NCBI GenBank assembly: GCA_951406725.2
Contig: OX597825.1
Location: 52,762,001 to 52,826,000, forward strand
Reading direction: 5' to 3'
DNA length: 64,000 bases
Source of the DNA: Octopus vulgaris
Taxonomy: Eukaryota
The notes under the pieces: model-generated
What the model saw: the letters and a program-made list of their open reading frames with translations, nothing else
Told to the model about the DNA's origin: nothing
The model's database searches: none
Translations under genes and position numbers: made by a program
Shown here: positions 25,057 to 38,421 of the stretch, piece after piece
Numbering within the stretch: position 1 is the stretch's first letter
Layout of the letters: every line of letters begins with the position of its first letter

Positions 25057-26489
25057 CTGCAAGATAATAAACAAATAAACAAAAAAAAAAAGACATTTAC
25101 AAAATCAAACAATAAAAACAATTTAAATAAAAAAGAAATGAATAAATAAAATTGGAAAATAAAAATAAGTTTGAAAAAATATTTTTAAAAAATCAGAAAA
25201 AGAAATAAAAAAGAATCTAAGAGAATCGCAACAGATAAGCGGTTATTTAGTTTCGGTACAAAAATACAACATCAAACATCGACGTGCGTTAGTGTCGCGC
25301 AGAAGATAATGCAGAATCAATAACAAGACAGGAAAAGAAAGCACCACATTAAACTAAAGCCAAAACCATTTTATCAGGGAATTTTTCACCTACTAATAGG
25401 CTCCATCCAGAGCTACTTAGTATCATCATCATCATCATCATCATCATCCTCATGTCTGCAGTAAACTTATCTTCAGAAGGGTAGCTATATGTGTACATAT
25501 GTGTGTATGTATGTACGTATGCGTGTGTGTATGTCTGTGTGTGTGTGCGTGCGTGTGTGTGTGTGTGTGCATGTGTGTATGTCCATGTGTGTGTAGGTAT
25601 ATATATATATATCCATACTCTCTATATATGTGAGTATATACACATACACGCATATATATCTATCTTTATATATATATATATGTGTATATATATGTATGTA
25701 TATATATATATATATATATATACTTATATATACACACATATGTATATATATGTATATACACATATGTATATATATATATGTATGCTTATCTTTTTCTTTT
25801 GCTTTTGGTTTGTTCTTTTCATTCTTTACCTTGTTTTTGATTTTATGCTTTGCTTTTAGCTGGTTGCTTTTCTTCCACTTTTTGAAAAAAAAAAAATGTT
25901 TTTTAAATGATTTTTTGTTTTTGTTTTTGCTAATGTCGTCTAAATTAACTGTGTCTTAATTAACTGCATTTACCATTTCTGCTGGTCTATACAACTGAGT
26001 TCTGACCTAATTAACTCCTGCTAACAGACATTGTTCTCCAGACACTTTATGTGTATGCTGATGCGATGTTGTATGGCAGATCAACAGATCAAGAGTGGAG
26101 AAGTGGGAAGAGCAGTGAGGATTCGTGCAGTTATTCTAAATGGGAAGTTTAATAGTCTATCATCATCATCATCATCATCTAAGTGTATGATCCTAGTCTG
26201 ATACACAGTACCAATGTATGTGTTAATATATATATATATATGTTATATATATATATATATATATAGCAATAATAAATCTCTACGTATATATATATATATA
26301 TATGCATCATCATGATCATCATTTAACGTCCACTTTCCATTCTAGCATGGGTTGGATGATTTGACTGAGGACTGGCAAACCAGATGGCATATATATAAGA
26401 TATATATATATTGATGTATGCATGTATATGGCACAAAGGAGCAACTAGTACCAGTGTGCATAAAGGTATGTATATATGGTAACAAACAC

Positions 26490-26522
<33 letters not shown>

Positions 26523-26739
26523 ATGTGTGTGTGTGTGTATACATGATGCCATGCCACTGAGTATATGATAACCGCTAGAGAGGATATAGCATCAAGTTAT
26601 GTATGGTACGTATATGTGTATATGGTACCCAGAGTGTACATACAGTGTCACGCTATATTGTGACACTATAAGGGTCAGTATATGTCTGAAGGGGTACCTA
26701 AAAGAAATTGGAATTTTGCAATATATTTTTATTCAATAG

Positions 26740-26900
26740 TGCAGGAGTAGCTCTGTGGTAAGTAGCTTGCTTACCAACCACATGGTTCCGGGTTCATTCC
26801 CACTGCATGGCACCTTGGGGAAGTGTCTTCTACTAAAGCCTCGGGCCGACCAAAGCCTTGTGAGTGGATTTGGTAGACAGAAACTGAAAGAAGCCCGTCG

Positions 26901-26941
<41 letters not shown>

Positions 26942-27135
26942 ATATGTTTGTCCCCCCCCCCCAACATCGCTTGACAACCGATGCTGGTGTGTTTACATCC
27001 CCGTAACTTAGCGGTTTGGCAAAAGAGCCCAACAGAATAAGTACTTGGCTTACAAAGCATAAGCCCTGAGGTCGATTTGCTCGACTAAAGGTGGTGCTCC
27101 AGCATGGTCACAGTCACATGACTGAAATAATTAGA
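26740..27135 (+). mobile_element. Full-length tRNA-derived SINE with internal (TA)n
   Basis: tRNA-like head gtggtaag..ggttcattccc, body, and gtgctccagcatgg..tgactgaaa tail; related copies at 46365-46750 and 59094-59360. Confidence 0.85.
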
Positions 27136-27225
27136 GTAGTTTTACATGCTTGCTCTTATCAACTTCAAAGTATTCTCCATTTTGAAGCAACACAAGTATA
27201 TGAGTGAGCATAAGGTGACCAGATG

Positions 27226-27427
27226 TAGAGGGTGGGCCATAAGTCATGCAAAATATAAGTTGAATATGCTCCAGAATTTTCAAAGACAAGTTTCAATGTT
27301 TCTGAACTTAAATATAATAAATAGAATAATGATGAATACACATATACTTGTACATGATGAACAAAATGGATTAAAATAAAAATAAGATTTCAAATGTTCT
27401 GGAGTGTGATTTTTGGCCCAGCCTGTA
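27226..27427. mobile_element. Tc1/mariner-type MITE
   Basis: TA-gagggtgggcca ... tggcccagcctg-TA inverted termini. Confidence 0.5.
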
Positions 27428-27437
27428 TATGCTCACA

Positions 27438-27890
27438 CATCATCATCATCATTTAATGTCCATTTTCCATGATGGTATGGGCTGGACGGTTTGACAGAAG
27501 CTGACCATCTCAAAAGCTGTTCAGGCTCCATGTCTGTTTTGGCATGGATTCTATGGCTGGATGCCCTTCCTAATGCCAACAACTTTACAAGAGTGTACTA
27601 GGTGCATTTATGCAGCACCAGTACAGGTGCTTTTTATGTGGCACCAGCACTTATGAGTTTGCATGATTAGGGATGCTGAGCTGGACAAGGTTGCAAAGGA
27701 TGAGCCAATATGCAAGGGCAACCATGCTTTTACTAAACTTGATGTTTCTTTTCAAGCACAGCAAATCACCAGGAGTCTTAGTCCCTTGTCATCTCCTCTG
27801 TGAGTCCCAACGTTTGTGGATCCTTTCTCACCACTTTGTTCAATGTATACCTGGGTCTACCCCTTCCACATGTTCCGTCTACAATGAGTG
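27438..27890 (-). mobile_element. RTE 3' end copy
   Basis: (CAT)n, ggctggatgcccttcctaatgccaac, and ORF-tail similarity. Confidence 0.65.
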
Positions 27891-27994
27891 CATAAAGCAA
27901 TTCTATGAATTTACAAAATGCATGATATGCATTCTAGCTGGAAATGAGTTTATGTGATGTACATAACCTGCAAGTAAATCTGCAGGATATCTTT

Positions 27995-28154
27995 TATCTT
28001 TTACTTGTTTCAATTCTTAGATTGTGGCCTTGCTGGTGCTCCACCAGTACTTATTTTTATAAGCCTGGTACTTATTCTATTGGTCACGTTTGCCAAACAG
28101 CTAATTTACAGAGATTTAAACACACCAGCACTGGTTGTAAAGCCATGGTAGGAG

Positions 28155-28192
<38 letters not shown>

Positions 28193-28275
28193 TCGGCTTC
28201 TTTTAGTTTCTGTCTACCATATCCCGTCACAAAACTTTGGTTGACCCAAGGCTATAGTATAAGACACTTGCTCAA
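27995..28275 (-). mobile_element. Diverged SINE of the 26740 family
   Basis: ggtgctcc..ggtacttattctattgg..(CA)n..agacacttgctcaag. Confidence 0.65.
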
Positions 28276-28450
28276 GTTCTTTTGTGCAAATGTGTCTATA
28301 AAAAGATCTGTGCATGTAATTTTTCTTAAGGTACCTTGTAATAACTAATGCTGCTGTAAGTTTTGAATCAAGCCCTGGCTGCATGACACAACATGAAGCC
28401 AGGGTCATGTGCAGTATTTGAGCACATAAACATGAAACATGCATGTATTG

Positions 28451-28708
28451 CAGTGATTTTCAACCAAGGTCCTTACAGCCCTTGAAGATCGACTAATATT
28501 TTGTTGTTAAAATTTATTAGCAATAAACTGAATATACTTCTACAATACACAAAATATTTTAATTTTGTTACACCATTGCTAATGATATCTAATTATAAAA
28601 ATATAACATGATTTAAAAAAAAAACAATAACAGAATTGTTAAGAGGGATCATACTAGTAAAATAGGCATCAAAAGAGTCCATAGGTGAAAAAGGGTTGAT
28701 AGATACTG
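28451..28708. mobile_element. hAT-type MITE
   Basis: cagtgattttcaacc..ggttgatagatactg termini; flanks atgtattg/atgtaaag (6/8 match, possible 8-bp TSD). Confidence 0.55.
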
Positions 28709-28938
28709 ATGTAAAGCAAAAGTTGTGTTTCACTGTATATATGATTTCCCATTTTTGGCTCTTAGAATGTTCCTTACAATATCCTGTTCACTTTTCAAAT
28801 GGACTGACTTGAATTGTAAAGGGAATAGGTTATTGTAGAGTACCATATAATGAAAAGTGAGGTGGATAGTATATTATAAGTTCACAAATGTTTTTGATAT
28901 GACCTCATGGTACTCCTTGTTAGTTGGCATGGTGATTG

Positions 28939-28966
<28 letters not shown>

Positions 28967-28969
<3 letters not shown>

Positions 28970-29046
28970 ACTAAAAATTAGGGTGTCTGAGAGACACCAT
29001 CATGCCGGCATGGTGGTGTCTCTCAGACACCCTAATTTTTAGTTGT
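28967..29046. repeat. 80-bp spacerless palindrome
   Basis: 40-bp arms, one mismatch, centre GCCGGC, within a (TA)n-flanked insert. Confidence 0.9.
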
Positions 29047-29615
29047 AAAAAAATTATTACCTTTGGACGGTATTTTTTCCCATGCTAGTCACTTGACAAT
29101 ATCGATATTATCCTTATTTATAAATTTATATATATATATATATGCATATACATTAAGCTAGTTTTGTTCTTTATGATGGTATCTGTGCTGCTGATGGAAC
29201 TGATATCTGAGTTGAAAATTCCATAGCTAGTCAACTACCAAGTCTCCTACAAGAAGATAAGTGGCACTGCTACTCTGGGCGATGGCCCTACCACTCTGGG
29301 TTACCATGACTTGGTAATCCTGTGACCTTCAACTGGGCTGCATGATTAATAACCACTGCTAACAATTTCGGTCAGTAAGGTCTTAACCAATGCACCAGTC
29401 TTAGCCAATGATTGGTTAAGGAAACTGATGATGTAGACTTGTGATGGCACAAATTCTTGAAATAGCTGATTGATTCAAAAAGTAAAAATGTGGGTAGGCT
29501 TAACTGATGATGAATGAGATTCACTGTGTAATTGGTTGGGACAAAATACTGACATAGACTGGTGCTGGTAGAAAGCAGTTGCTGGTTATTGCTACTGCTA
29601 TTACATAAGGCTCAC

Positions 29616-29669
29616 CAGTGATTAGTCCAGAAAATGATGACAGATAGTTTTTGGAGTTGGACAGTTTTT
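29616..29669 (-). CDS. Candidate 54-nt internal exon (phase 1/1) EKLSNSKNYLSSFSGLIT
   Basis: Acceptor tttaattttgtttacccag, donor CTG|gtgagc, open frame. Confidence 0.4.
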
Positions 29670-30754
29670 CTGGGTAAACAAAATTAAACTAAATATAGGG
29701 TTTAACACTAATGCTTGTGATATGCCCCAGATATAATATCAGGAGATGATTGCAAATGTAATTGAAAGTAACAATGGCATGAGAAAATGTTTACTGAAAT
29801 GATGTCAGGTCGAAACTAGTGATAGGAAAGTTTACTGTTGTTTAACCCCAGGTCAGCTCTAACCAAGCAGACATATTCAAAACCATTCCAGCCATGACCT
29901 TATCTTCTTTTTCCTATATGCAAACTTGTGTTCTTTTCAAGAGCAATAAAACATGATTTGAGGGAGATTCAGCTACTATTTCATGCAAGTTGAATCACCT
30001 TGTACAGGCTCCCTTTTTGGATCATAAGGGAGCCGTGTTAATAAGGTGGATTTAGACCTCATAATATAAGAATAGAGGCTTTCTTTTCTGAGCCAAACTA
30101 TGAAGAGTATGTTGCATGCGAGAAGTGTCAATGGTTTTATTCAACCAAGTGACAATAAAAGACAAGGAGAAATAATGAAGTGAATACAAAAGTGCATTTC
30201 CTGTAGAAATGCAATGGAAAACACCAATCAGCAGATCAAGATGCACAAACAACAAAGGTTACTGAAATGCTTCATTAGTTTCGATCTGACAAGATATTTA
30301 CATAATCTCTTAAGAGGAGAAAATACATCTTATGAATCATATAAACAACATGCATTGTGCTTGATTAAATTCAATTTTATCCGATTATGGTCTCAGATGG
30401 TTTGCTGCAATGCCATTTTTAGAAGCAGAGGGCAGTGAGGTGTTAAATGGGTCACTTTATTTGAAGCATCAATGATAATAGGAATATCGCTATTGAAATA
30501 GTTACAGAGTTGACGAGACAATTCTGTGATCAGATTTGGTAATTTGAAGTCAACTGTCTGCTAATGTTTGAACCATCATCATCATCATCAATGCTTTAAT
30601 GTCGACTTTTCCATGCCCAAATGGGTTGGAGGGAATTAGATGCTTCCAAGTAAGGTAATATTTCCCCATGACATGTTTACACAGAAGACTGGAAAGGAAG
30701 GACACTGCTTGCATAACAATGCTTACAACTATAACGAGAATGTCAAAAAGACAG

Positions 30755-30764
<10 letters not shown>

Positions 30765-30791
<27 letters not shown>

Positions 30792-30945
30792 GGCCTTCTT
30801 TCAGTTTCCAGTTAACAAATCTGCTCACAATGCTTTGGTAGGCCAGGGGCTGCAGAAGACACTTACTACCCAATGTGACATGCAGTGGGATTGAACCTAG
30901 GACCATGTAGCTGGGAGGTGAACTTCTTACCACACAGCCATACAA
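30765..30945 (-). mobile_element. 5' half of a 26740-family SINE
   Basis: cttctttcagtttcc..gggattgaacc..cttaccacacagcca. Confidence 0.65.
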
Positions 30946-31477
30946 GCATCATGTTTAGCAGCTACATTAAACTTACAATAATTAATCTCTAAAATAAAAT
31001 ATCTTTTTGAATTGTTTTAACATATCGTTTTTACATTCTGTCATGGAATGGAAGGGGCTACTATTCAGCATATCAGAAATGGCCTTTCGTGATATCTTGT
31101 AAAGGACTAAGGAACTGGAGGCCTATGTCATTGTCCATTTACATTCTCTACAACATATTCAATAATATCAAACTGTGACTCTCTACATTTGATTTACCTC
31201 CATCTCTATACATTCCTTCACTAGCCATGTTTCATAATCATCAAGAGATTCCTTACTCATGAATTATAATCTATTTTTTTACAGAGAAATACCTTTCTTG
31301 CCAAGAACAAGGGAGTGTCTATGTGGCCACTTACTTGCTAGAAATAGCAACCAAATCTCCTTTAGTTCACACTTTCCCATCATAAATACAGACAGGATAT
31401 ATACATTATATAGTTCTAAATAGACCTGAAATTTAACTCTACCACTTATTTCCCTTGTGCTTGTTATGTGTATGTAT

Positions 31478-31796
31478 ACCGGTGGCTTGTAAAAGGGCAC
31501 CATTCGAGTGTGATCGTTACCAACATCGCCTTACTGGTACCTGTGCTGGTGGCATGTGTAAAAAGATTCGAACGAGGTCATTGCCAGTACCGCCTGACTA
31601 GCCCCCATGCGGGTGGCATGTAAAAAGCACCCACTACACTCTCAGAGTGGTTGGCATTAGGAAGGGCCTCCAGCTGTAGAAACTCTGCCAGATCAAGATT
31701 GGAGCCTGGTGCAGCCATCTGGTTCGCCAGCCCTCAATCAAATCATCCAACCCATGCTAGCATGGAAAGCAGATGCTAAATGATGATGATGATGAT
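31478..31796 (+). mobile_element. RTE 3' UTR copy
   Basis: Closely similar to 2880-3190. Confidence 0.8.
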
Positions 31797-32454
31797 TTAA
31801 CAAGCTACTAAATTCTTTATTTCTCTTGATTTCCTGTAACTCAAACCATCTCATGGTCTCAGTAGACTCTACTACTTGACTAGTGGATGACTGTTGGCTG
31901 AATCATAAGTTTACTGAATAAATACCACCTAGAAATTGTTTTGGCTATTAGCAATCTAAGTTCAAATCTCATTATGGTCAACCTTTTTTTTTATTTTATT
32001 CTCCCAGGTCAATAAAGTACCTGTCATGTATTGGTATTCGATTCTTCTGAATTTCTCAGAATCAGTTATGCTGTACTGTAAATGATATGTGACGAACCAC
32101 TTACAATATCAATGGCCTTGAAAATAATGGTGACAATGTGAGTGAGGGGATGGCTACTTATGTAGCATGCTATCATACTCACATGAACTCAGAACATAAA
32201 GAGATGTAGCTAAAAACCACAAGGTATTTCGTCCAATGTTCTATCCAATTTGCCATTTACTACTAAAAAATAGTATTCATTTTCTTAAGAGCATCTTATT
32301 TAACAATCATGACTTGTCTCATCATACACACCTAAACAATATGCAGGTATGTATAAATATATATATATAGCAAATAAGAAAATGGAGAAGCACATTAGTT
32401 GGTTCATCAACAAATGTGTTTGTGTGTATGTGTGTGTATATATATAATGTATTT

Positions 32455-34830
32455 CGTCATCCTCATCATCATCGTCACTTAACGTTCGTTTTCCATGCTG
32501 GCATGGGTTGGACGGTATAACTGGGGACTGGCAAAGAGGTTGCACCAGGTTTCAATCTGATCTGACAATGTTTCTACAGCTGCATGCCCTTCCTAATGCC
32601 AACCACTCTGAGAGTCTAGTGGGTGCTTTTTACATTCCACCGGCACAGGTGCCAGTCAGGCAATACTGGCATTGGCCATGTTTAGATGGTGCTTTTTACA
32701 TGCCACCAGCATAGGACCCAGTTGGAGCGGTGGGTTGGTCAGGATGGGCTGGCATCAACCATGTTCAGATGGTGCTTTTTACGTGCCGCCTGCATGGGGA
32801 GCCTGTCATGTGACACTGGCAACAATCCATGCATGAATGGTGCTTATTGTGTGCCACCAGCACAGGAGCCAGTCAGGCGGCACTGGCATTGGCCACAACT
32901 ACAATTTCCATTTTTTATTTCGGTTTAATTGAGATTCTGATTCTAATTTGATTTTGATTTTTGATTTTACTTGACTCAATATGTCTCCTCAAGCTTGGCA
33001 TGTCACCCGATGATTCAAAGGTACTTTTTAAAAGGGCTGGTTATGCAACACTGGTAAAGGCTATGGCAGTGATCTTACTTTACTTGCCTGGTCTTCTCAA
33101 ATACAACTTATCTCCAGAGGTTTCAGTCTCTTGTCATCACCTCTGTGAGGCCCAACGTTCGAAGGTTACACTTCATCACCTCATCCCATGTCTTGGGTCT
33201 CCCCCTTCCATGGGTTCTTTCCACTGTTAGGGAATGACACTTCTTCACACAGCTCTTTGGTGTTTATTGCCCCTGTGCATCTGCTGCACACAAAAGCTAT
33301 CATCCTGGTTAACCTTCCTTTGATGTTGCTGCACCTCTTATGCATCCATAGCTTACACTAGGTACATCTTATGGAGTTTCTACCAACACCTTTTCTACAG
33401 ATTGAGCAGGGCCATCTACCTGAAGGGGTTTGTGATTTGTTTGCCTTCCTACTTACTGGGACTTTGATTTTTGCAACATTGACTCTAAGGCTCTTTGATT
33501 CTAAACTTTGCTTCCTCTCTAGTTCTGGTTATGATTCAGCTATGAGAGCAAGGTCATCAGCATAGAGGAGTTTGCAGGGGCAGCTTGTCTTGTATTCTTC
33601 TGGTATTACCTTGAGGACTATGATGAATAAGAAGGAGATGGGGGCTGATCCTTGGTGAACCCCTACTTCTACCTGGAATTCTTCCTTATACTCATTGCTG
33701 GCCCTTACCTTACTGACAGCATCCCTGTACAGCTCTTATTAACCACCTGCCTATCCCTTATCTGGTGGGCTTGAAACACATCGCCCACCAGATAAGGGAT
33801 TGGGGGACCCTGTCAAACGCTTTCTCCAAGTCAACAAAAGCCAAGTCTAGGAGTTTATCTTTAGCTAGATATTTCTCCAACAGTTGCCTTGTCAGGAATA
33901 TAGCATCAGTGATGCTTCTACCTGGCACAAAACTGAACTGCATATCATCTAAGCAGACTCTCTCCCTAATTACTTGTGTTAAGACGCTCTCCATGATCTT
34001 CATCACCTGACCCAGCAGTTTCATACCCCTGTAGTTATTTCTATCTAAAGCTTCACTTTTTCCTTTCTAGCAATTGACTACGGTGCTGCTACAACAGTCA
34101 TTGTGTATGACTCCTTCAGGAAATACCTGATTTACAATACAGGTGACTAGACCATAACCCACACCACCAGATACTTTAAGCACCTCAGCAGTGATTCCTG
34201 ATGGGCCAGGGGCTTTTCCTGTCTTCATATCCTTAAATGCTTTATCTACCAGGGTGCTATCGATTCTGGTAGCTGGTCCCCCAAATGGGTCAACATTTGG
34301 CAGGCTCTCCTCCTCTCACTCATTCTCTATATTCAGCAGCCTTTCCTAATGGCATCTCCAAGCATCTTTATTTGCAGAATCAGTAAAAGCAAGTGCACCA
34401 TCATCCATGCAGATATTTCTCTCCTGTAACATCACAATTTTCTCTCACACACTGTCTTGTAATCCAAAATACTTTGGTTCTTTGGTCCTCATGTTGCTGA
34501 GCACTAGAAAACTTCTTCTTTTCTGATTCTTCCTTGACTATATATATATATATATGTCTCCTGGCCTCACTTCTGGCTATCTGGTACAGTTCCATGCTTC
34601 TCCCACTCTTCCAGGTTTTCGAGGCCTGTTTCTTTACTCCAATGGCCTTGTCAACCGTATTATTCAACCACCACATTACCCAGGGACTTTGCACCAACTG
34701 CAGATTTGGTTTATGATGCTCAGTAAGCTGTCCCATAGGAATTTCCAGTTACCCTCTATGTCCCAAGTCTGTAGCTCCTCCACCCTCTCATCAAATATCT
34801 CAATGAGGATATCCCTAAATCTCTGACCAT
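32455..34830 (-). mobile_element. RTE-clade LINE, 5'-truncated and degenerate, with 3' UTR
   Basis: ORF 33758-34024 MQFSFVPGRSITDAIFLTRQLLEKYLAK..DLEKAFDRVP; LLYADDL; KAPGPSGI; tail at 32455-32640. Confidence 0.85.
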
Positions 34831-34884
34831 GCATCTATATATGGATGTATGTAAATATATATAAATATAGCTATGTATCATTGT

Positions 34885-35090
34885 CATCATCATCATTTAA
34901 TGTCTTCCTTTCATGCTGGCATGCATTGGACAGTTTAACAAGAGCTGGCTAGGTAGAAGACTGAACTATACTTCTGTGTCTGTTTTGGCATGGTTTTTAT
35001 GGCTGGATGCCCTTCCTAACAACAATCATCCCACAAAGTGGGCTGAGTGCTTTTCACATGACACCATCACAGGTGAGGTCAGTTTTGGTA
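34885..35090 (-). mobile_element. RTE 3' UTR copy
   Basis: (CAT)n and ggctggatgcccttcctaac. Confidence 0.65.
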
Positions 35091-36157
35091 TGGTGGAACT
35101 CACAAAATTATGATTATAAGTTGAATACCCTAAGCACTAAGCCCTGTGCCTTCATTTCATTTAGCTAGAAAAATTCACTTGAATAACCAGATTCAGAATT
35201 ATGTTAGTGGCTGAGTATTCCATAAACACTTATGTATTTCTTCAATAGAATCAGCATAATAGTGAGTGACAAGGCTGGACTTTTTAAACTGCAGCAACAA
35301 TCCAGCCAATAGGCTTCTCTACAGTTTTCATTTACCCGATTTTACTCACAGGTTATGGGTCAACTCAAGGCTACAAGAAATGACATTTACCAATAATGCC
35401 ATGGAGTGGGATCAAACTCAGGACCCCATGTTTGTTAAGTGAATTCTTTAATCATTTGACCACATGACACCTAATTGGTGTATGTAGATGGTAACTGTAA
35501 ATGTAACAGAACTTATGCGGATGACTCAGATAAAAATTAGTACAAGTGGAAAACTGGGAAAAACGTTATATTTAATTAAAACAATTCTCATAATTTACAA
35601 TTCTTGATTAAAATTTCTTAAAGTTGAAATTAATTACTTTTGATTACAAAGTTAAATGAAAGAACTGTAAAATGCTATTTTTTAAAGATTAATGCTTTTT
35701 CATTGTGCCATTTTTTCCCAATTTTTCACTTCTGCACTTATTACCTATGCCATGTTAACTATACCAAATTTACCTAGATTTATAGGTAGGCACCCAACAA
35801 CTGGTTAATGGCTTCTTTAAGCAGCTGTAACATTTACAATTTATGAATATTACTAGGAGATAGAGGATTTCAATTTCTGCTCAAGGAAAAATTGGTTGGG
35901 TCCTGTCCAAGAGAAATTTTACCTCTCATTAGGTAACAGCATCAAAAATTAGAGTTGGTCAAGTAATTAGCTAATATTTTTAATTGCTTCATCTATAGGA
36001 GTTGGGTGACAGAGATGTAACTTCTATATGTGACCACATAAATAATAATATCAGTTTAAAATTGAAAAGCAATTGAAGTAATAAGTACTAGCAAAATATA
36101 AGTTTGAGAGTTGATTACAACTTGATAAACTGTTCAAAACAGATCATATCAAAACAC

Positions 36158-36357
36158 CTGTGCGGGTGGCACGTAAAAAGCATCCACTACACTCTTGGAG
36201 TGGATGGCGTTAGGAAGGGCATCCAGCCGTAGAAACACTGCCAGATTTGACTGGGCCTGATGAAGCCTTCTGGCTTCACAGACCCCAGTAGAACCGTCCA
36301 ACCCATGCTAGCATGGAAAACGGACGCTAAACGATGATGATGATGATGATGATGATG
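36158..36357 (+). mobile_element. RTE 3' UTR copy
   Basis: Tail motif with long (GAT)n. Confidence 0.75.
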
Positions 36358-36718
36358 TTCACTCTGGTAAAGAAACCTCTGTCTCCCTAAAAGAATTAAA
36401 ATTCCTGTTAGTACACCGAGAAGTAGCAGTTCATTAGATGCAAAGAAACTGTAGAAACCCAAACCACTATAATGCAATGGTAAGGAGGTTTGTTACCAGA
36501 TAAGGTCATTTGGTAAGCTAACATTACATATTTTGGATTGTTTCATGGGCAGATAAAAAAATTACTTAAAAGATCAATAGATTTAAAAGATAGCTTCTTA
36601 AATGATAAATCAGTTTTGATATCAAATGACATTTTCTAAGGATAAAAATCTTGAAGGAGTTCTACATGATGAATACAAAAAGAGCCTGCAGGTATATCTT
36701 TGCCAAGATAGTTGTTGA

Positions 36719-37127
36719 AATGCTAAGATCAGTTATTGGTGCTCTGAAGAGCAAGCAATTTTGGCGTTGATGGAATATGTTTCTCAGAAATCTCTTCTCC
36801 ATTTTTATCCTAATCTAAATTGTGGATAAAAAAAGTTTACATTTGGTGTAATTTCTCTCTTCTAAGTGGAGACCATGCAGTTCTTTCATAAATTGTTCAG
36901 CACAATTCAATACCTGCACTGGACAAGTGCAGGTATTGAATTGTGCTGAACAATTTATGAAAGAACTGCATGGTCTCCACTTAGAAGAGAGAAATTACAC
37001 CAAATGTAAACTTTTTTTATCCACAATTTAGATTAGGATAAAAATGGAGAAGAGATTTCTGAGAAACATATTCCATCAACGCCAAAATTGCTTGCTCTTC
37101 AGAGCACCAATAACTGATCTTAGCATT
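36719..37127. repeat. Perfect ~202-bp-arm palindrome with 5-bp spacer
   Basis: aatgctaagatc..cctgcact GGACA agtgcagg..gatcttagcatt. Confidence 0.92.
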
Positions 37128-38206
37128 GCATTATAGTGGTATGTCCACAATGCAGAATAAACGTTCAGCCAAGTGGATCAATGCCTTGGCAAGAGCTAAT
37201 GGCAAGTTTCTGAATGGCAATGAATTAGAAGTACCAATAACACAGAGCAAGTGGTGATACTTGTCAGGTCTATGGACTTATTTTCTCCTATCAGTTAAAC
37301 CCCTGAAGATTTCCCAAACACATGAAGGTCAACAGGGTCACTGCCTCTGTTCTGCTTCTGGATGGTTTATCTTGTATTAATTGTAAAAGACTGGATGGTA
37401 TAACTTTATGTGTTTGGGTGCCTCTTCCAAAGTCCTGACTCTTTATCAGCAGAACAGCTGAATATATTTCTAAATATTCAATGTTATCTACCAGTTATAT
37501 TTTTCAACCAATTGAAATGACTGATGTTGGGGGTCCTTTAATAATTGTCTTGAGTTGAAAATTTATTGAGAAGAAAGGGGAATAGCATGAGGGTGCTTAG
37601 TTTCATGAAAGAATCTCTGTAAATATTGTATAAAGCAACGACACTTGTGTTCTTTCTTGTCTTCACTTGTATATTGTCAATAAACTAGTTCTTTTGACAA
37701 GTCTATATTTATATTTTATACAAACTGTCAGTATGGAATTACCAATGGTTATGTTAGTCATGGTGAATAATTCACCGATCTCACATTTTATTTAGTGCTT
37801 AAGTTGAAATAATGTAAGATTTATATCACCAAATAGGAAAAATAAATGTAAAAGAGAATTATTTAGGAAGATATCTATATATCTTAATTCTATAACCACT
37901 GTAATGAATTTTATTGTAATGTTCCATATATTTGTTTTATTAGATGAAGAAGGGAAGAGGGAGAGGAGAGGGAAGGAAACTACATACTGCTGACTAATGT
38001 TTGGTTTTTCTATAATAAACATTAATTAGTAATGTGTCAAGTCACATTTATTACAACTAATATTACATGCCAAACAACTCGAAGAAGAGTCAAGAATGGC
38101 CATTCAACATGCTAGAAATAGCAACCAAACATATCACAAATTATAATGTGCCATCATAAAAGCAGAAAGGATACATTACACATTTTACTTTTAGATATAT
38201 CTTAGG

Positions 38207-38421
38207 AGGCAGTGAACTGGCAGAATCGTAAGCACACTCATCATAATGCTTTGCGGCATCTCATCCATCTTGACATTCTGAGATCAAATTCCACTGAGGT
38301 CAACTTTACCTTCCTTCCTTTCAGGGTCAATAAAATAATTACCAGTTGAGCACTGAAGTTAATTTTATTGACTTAGCCCCTCCCTTGAAATTGCTGGCCT
38401 CGTGCCAAAAATTGAGACCAA
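38207..38421 (+). mobile_element. tRNA-derived SINE (Nin/Inv-domain type)
   Basis: ggcagtgaactggcagaatcg head, gatcaaattcc B-box, cctttcagggtcaataaaataattaccag. Confidence 0.75.

Noticed and set aside
30052-30199. Further minus-strand terminal exon candidate GNALLYSLHYF..
   Set aside because: Only an acceptor-like signal; expected by chance in AT-rich DNA
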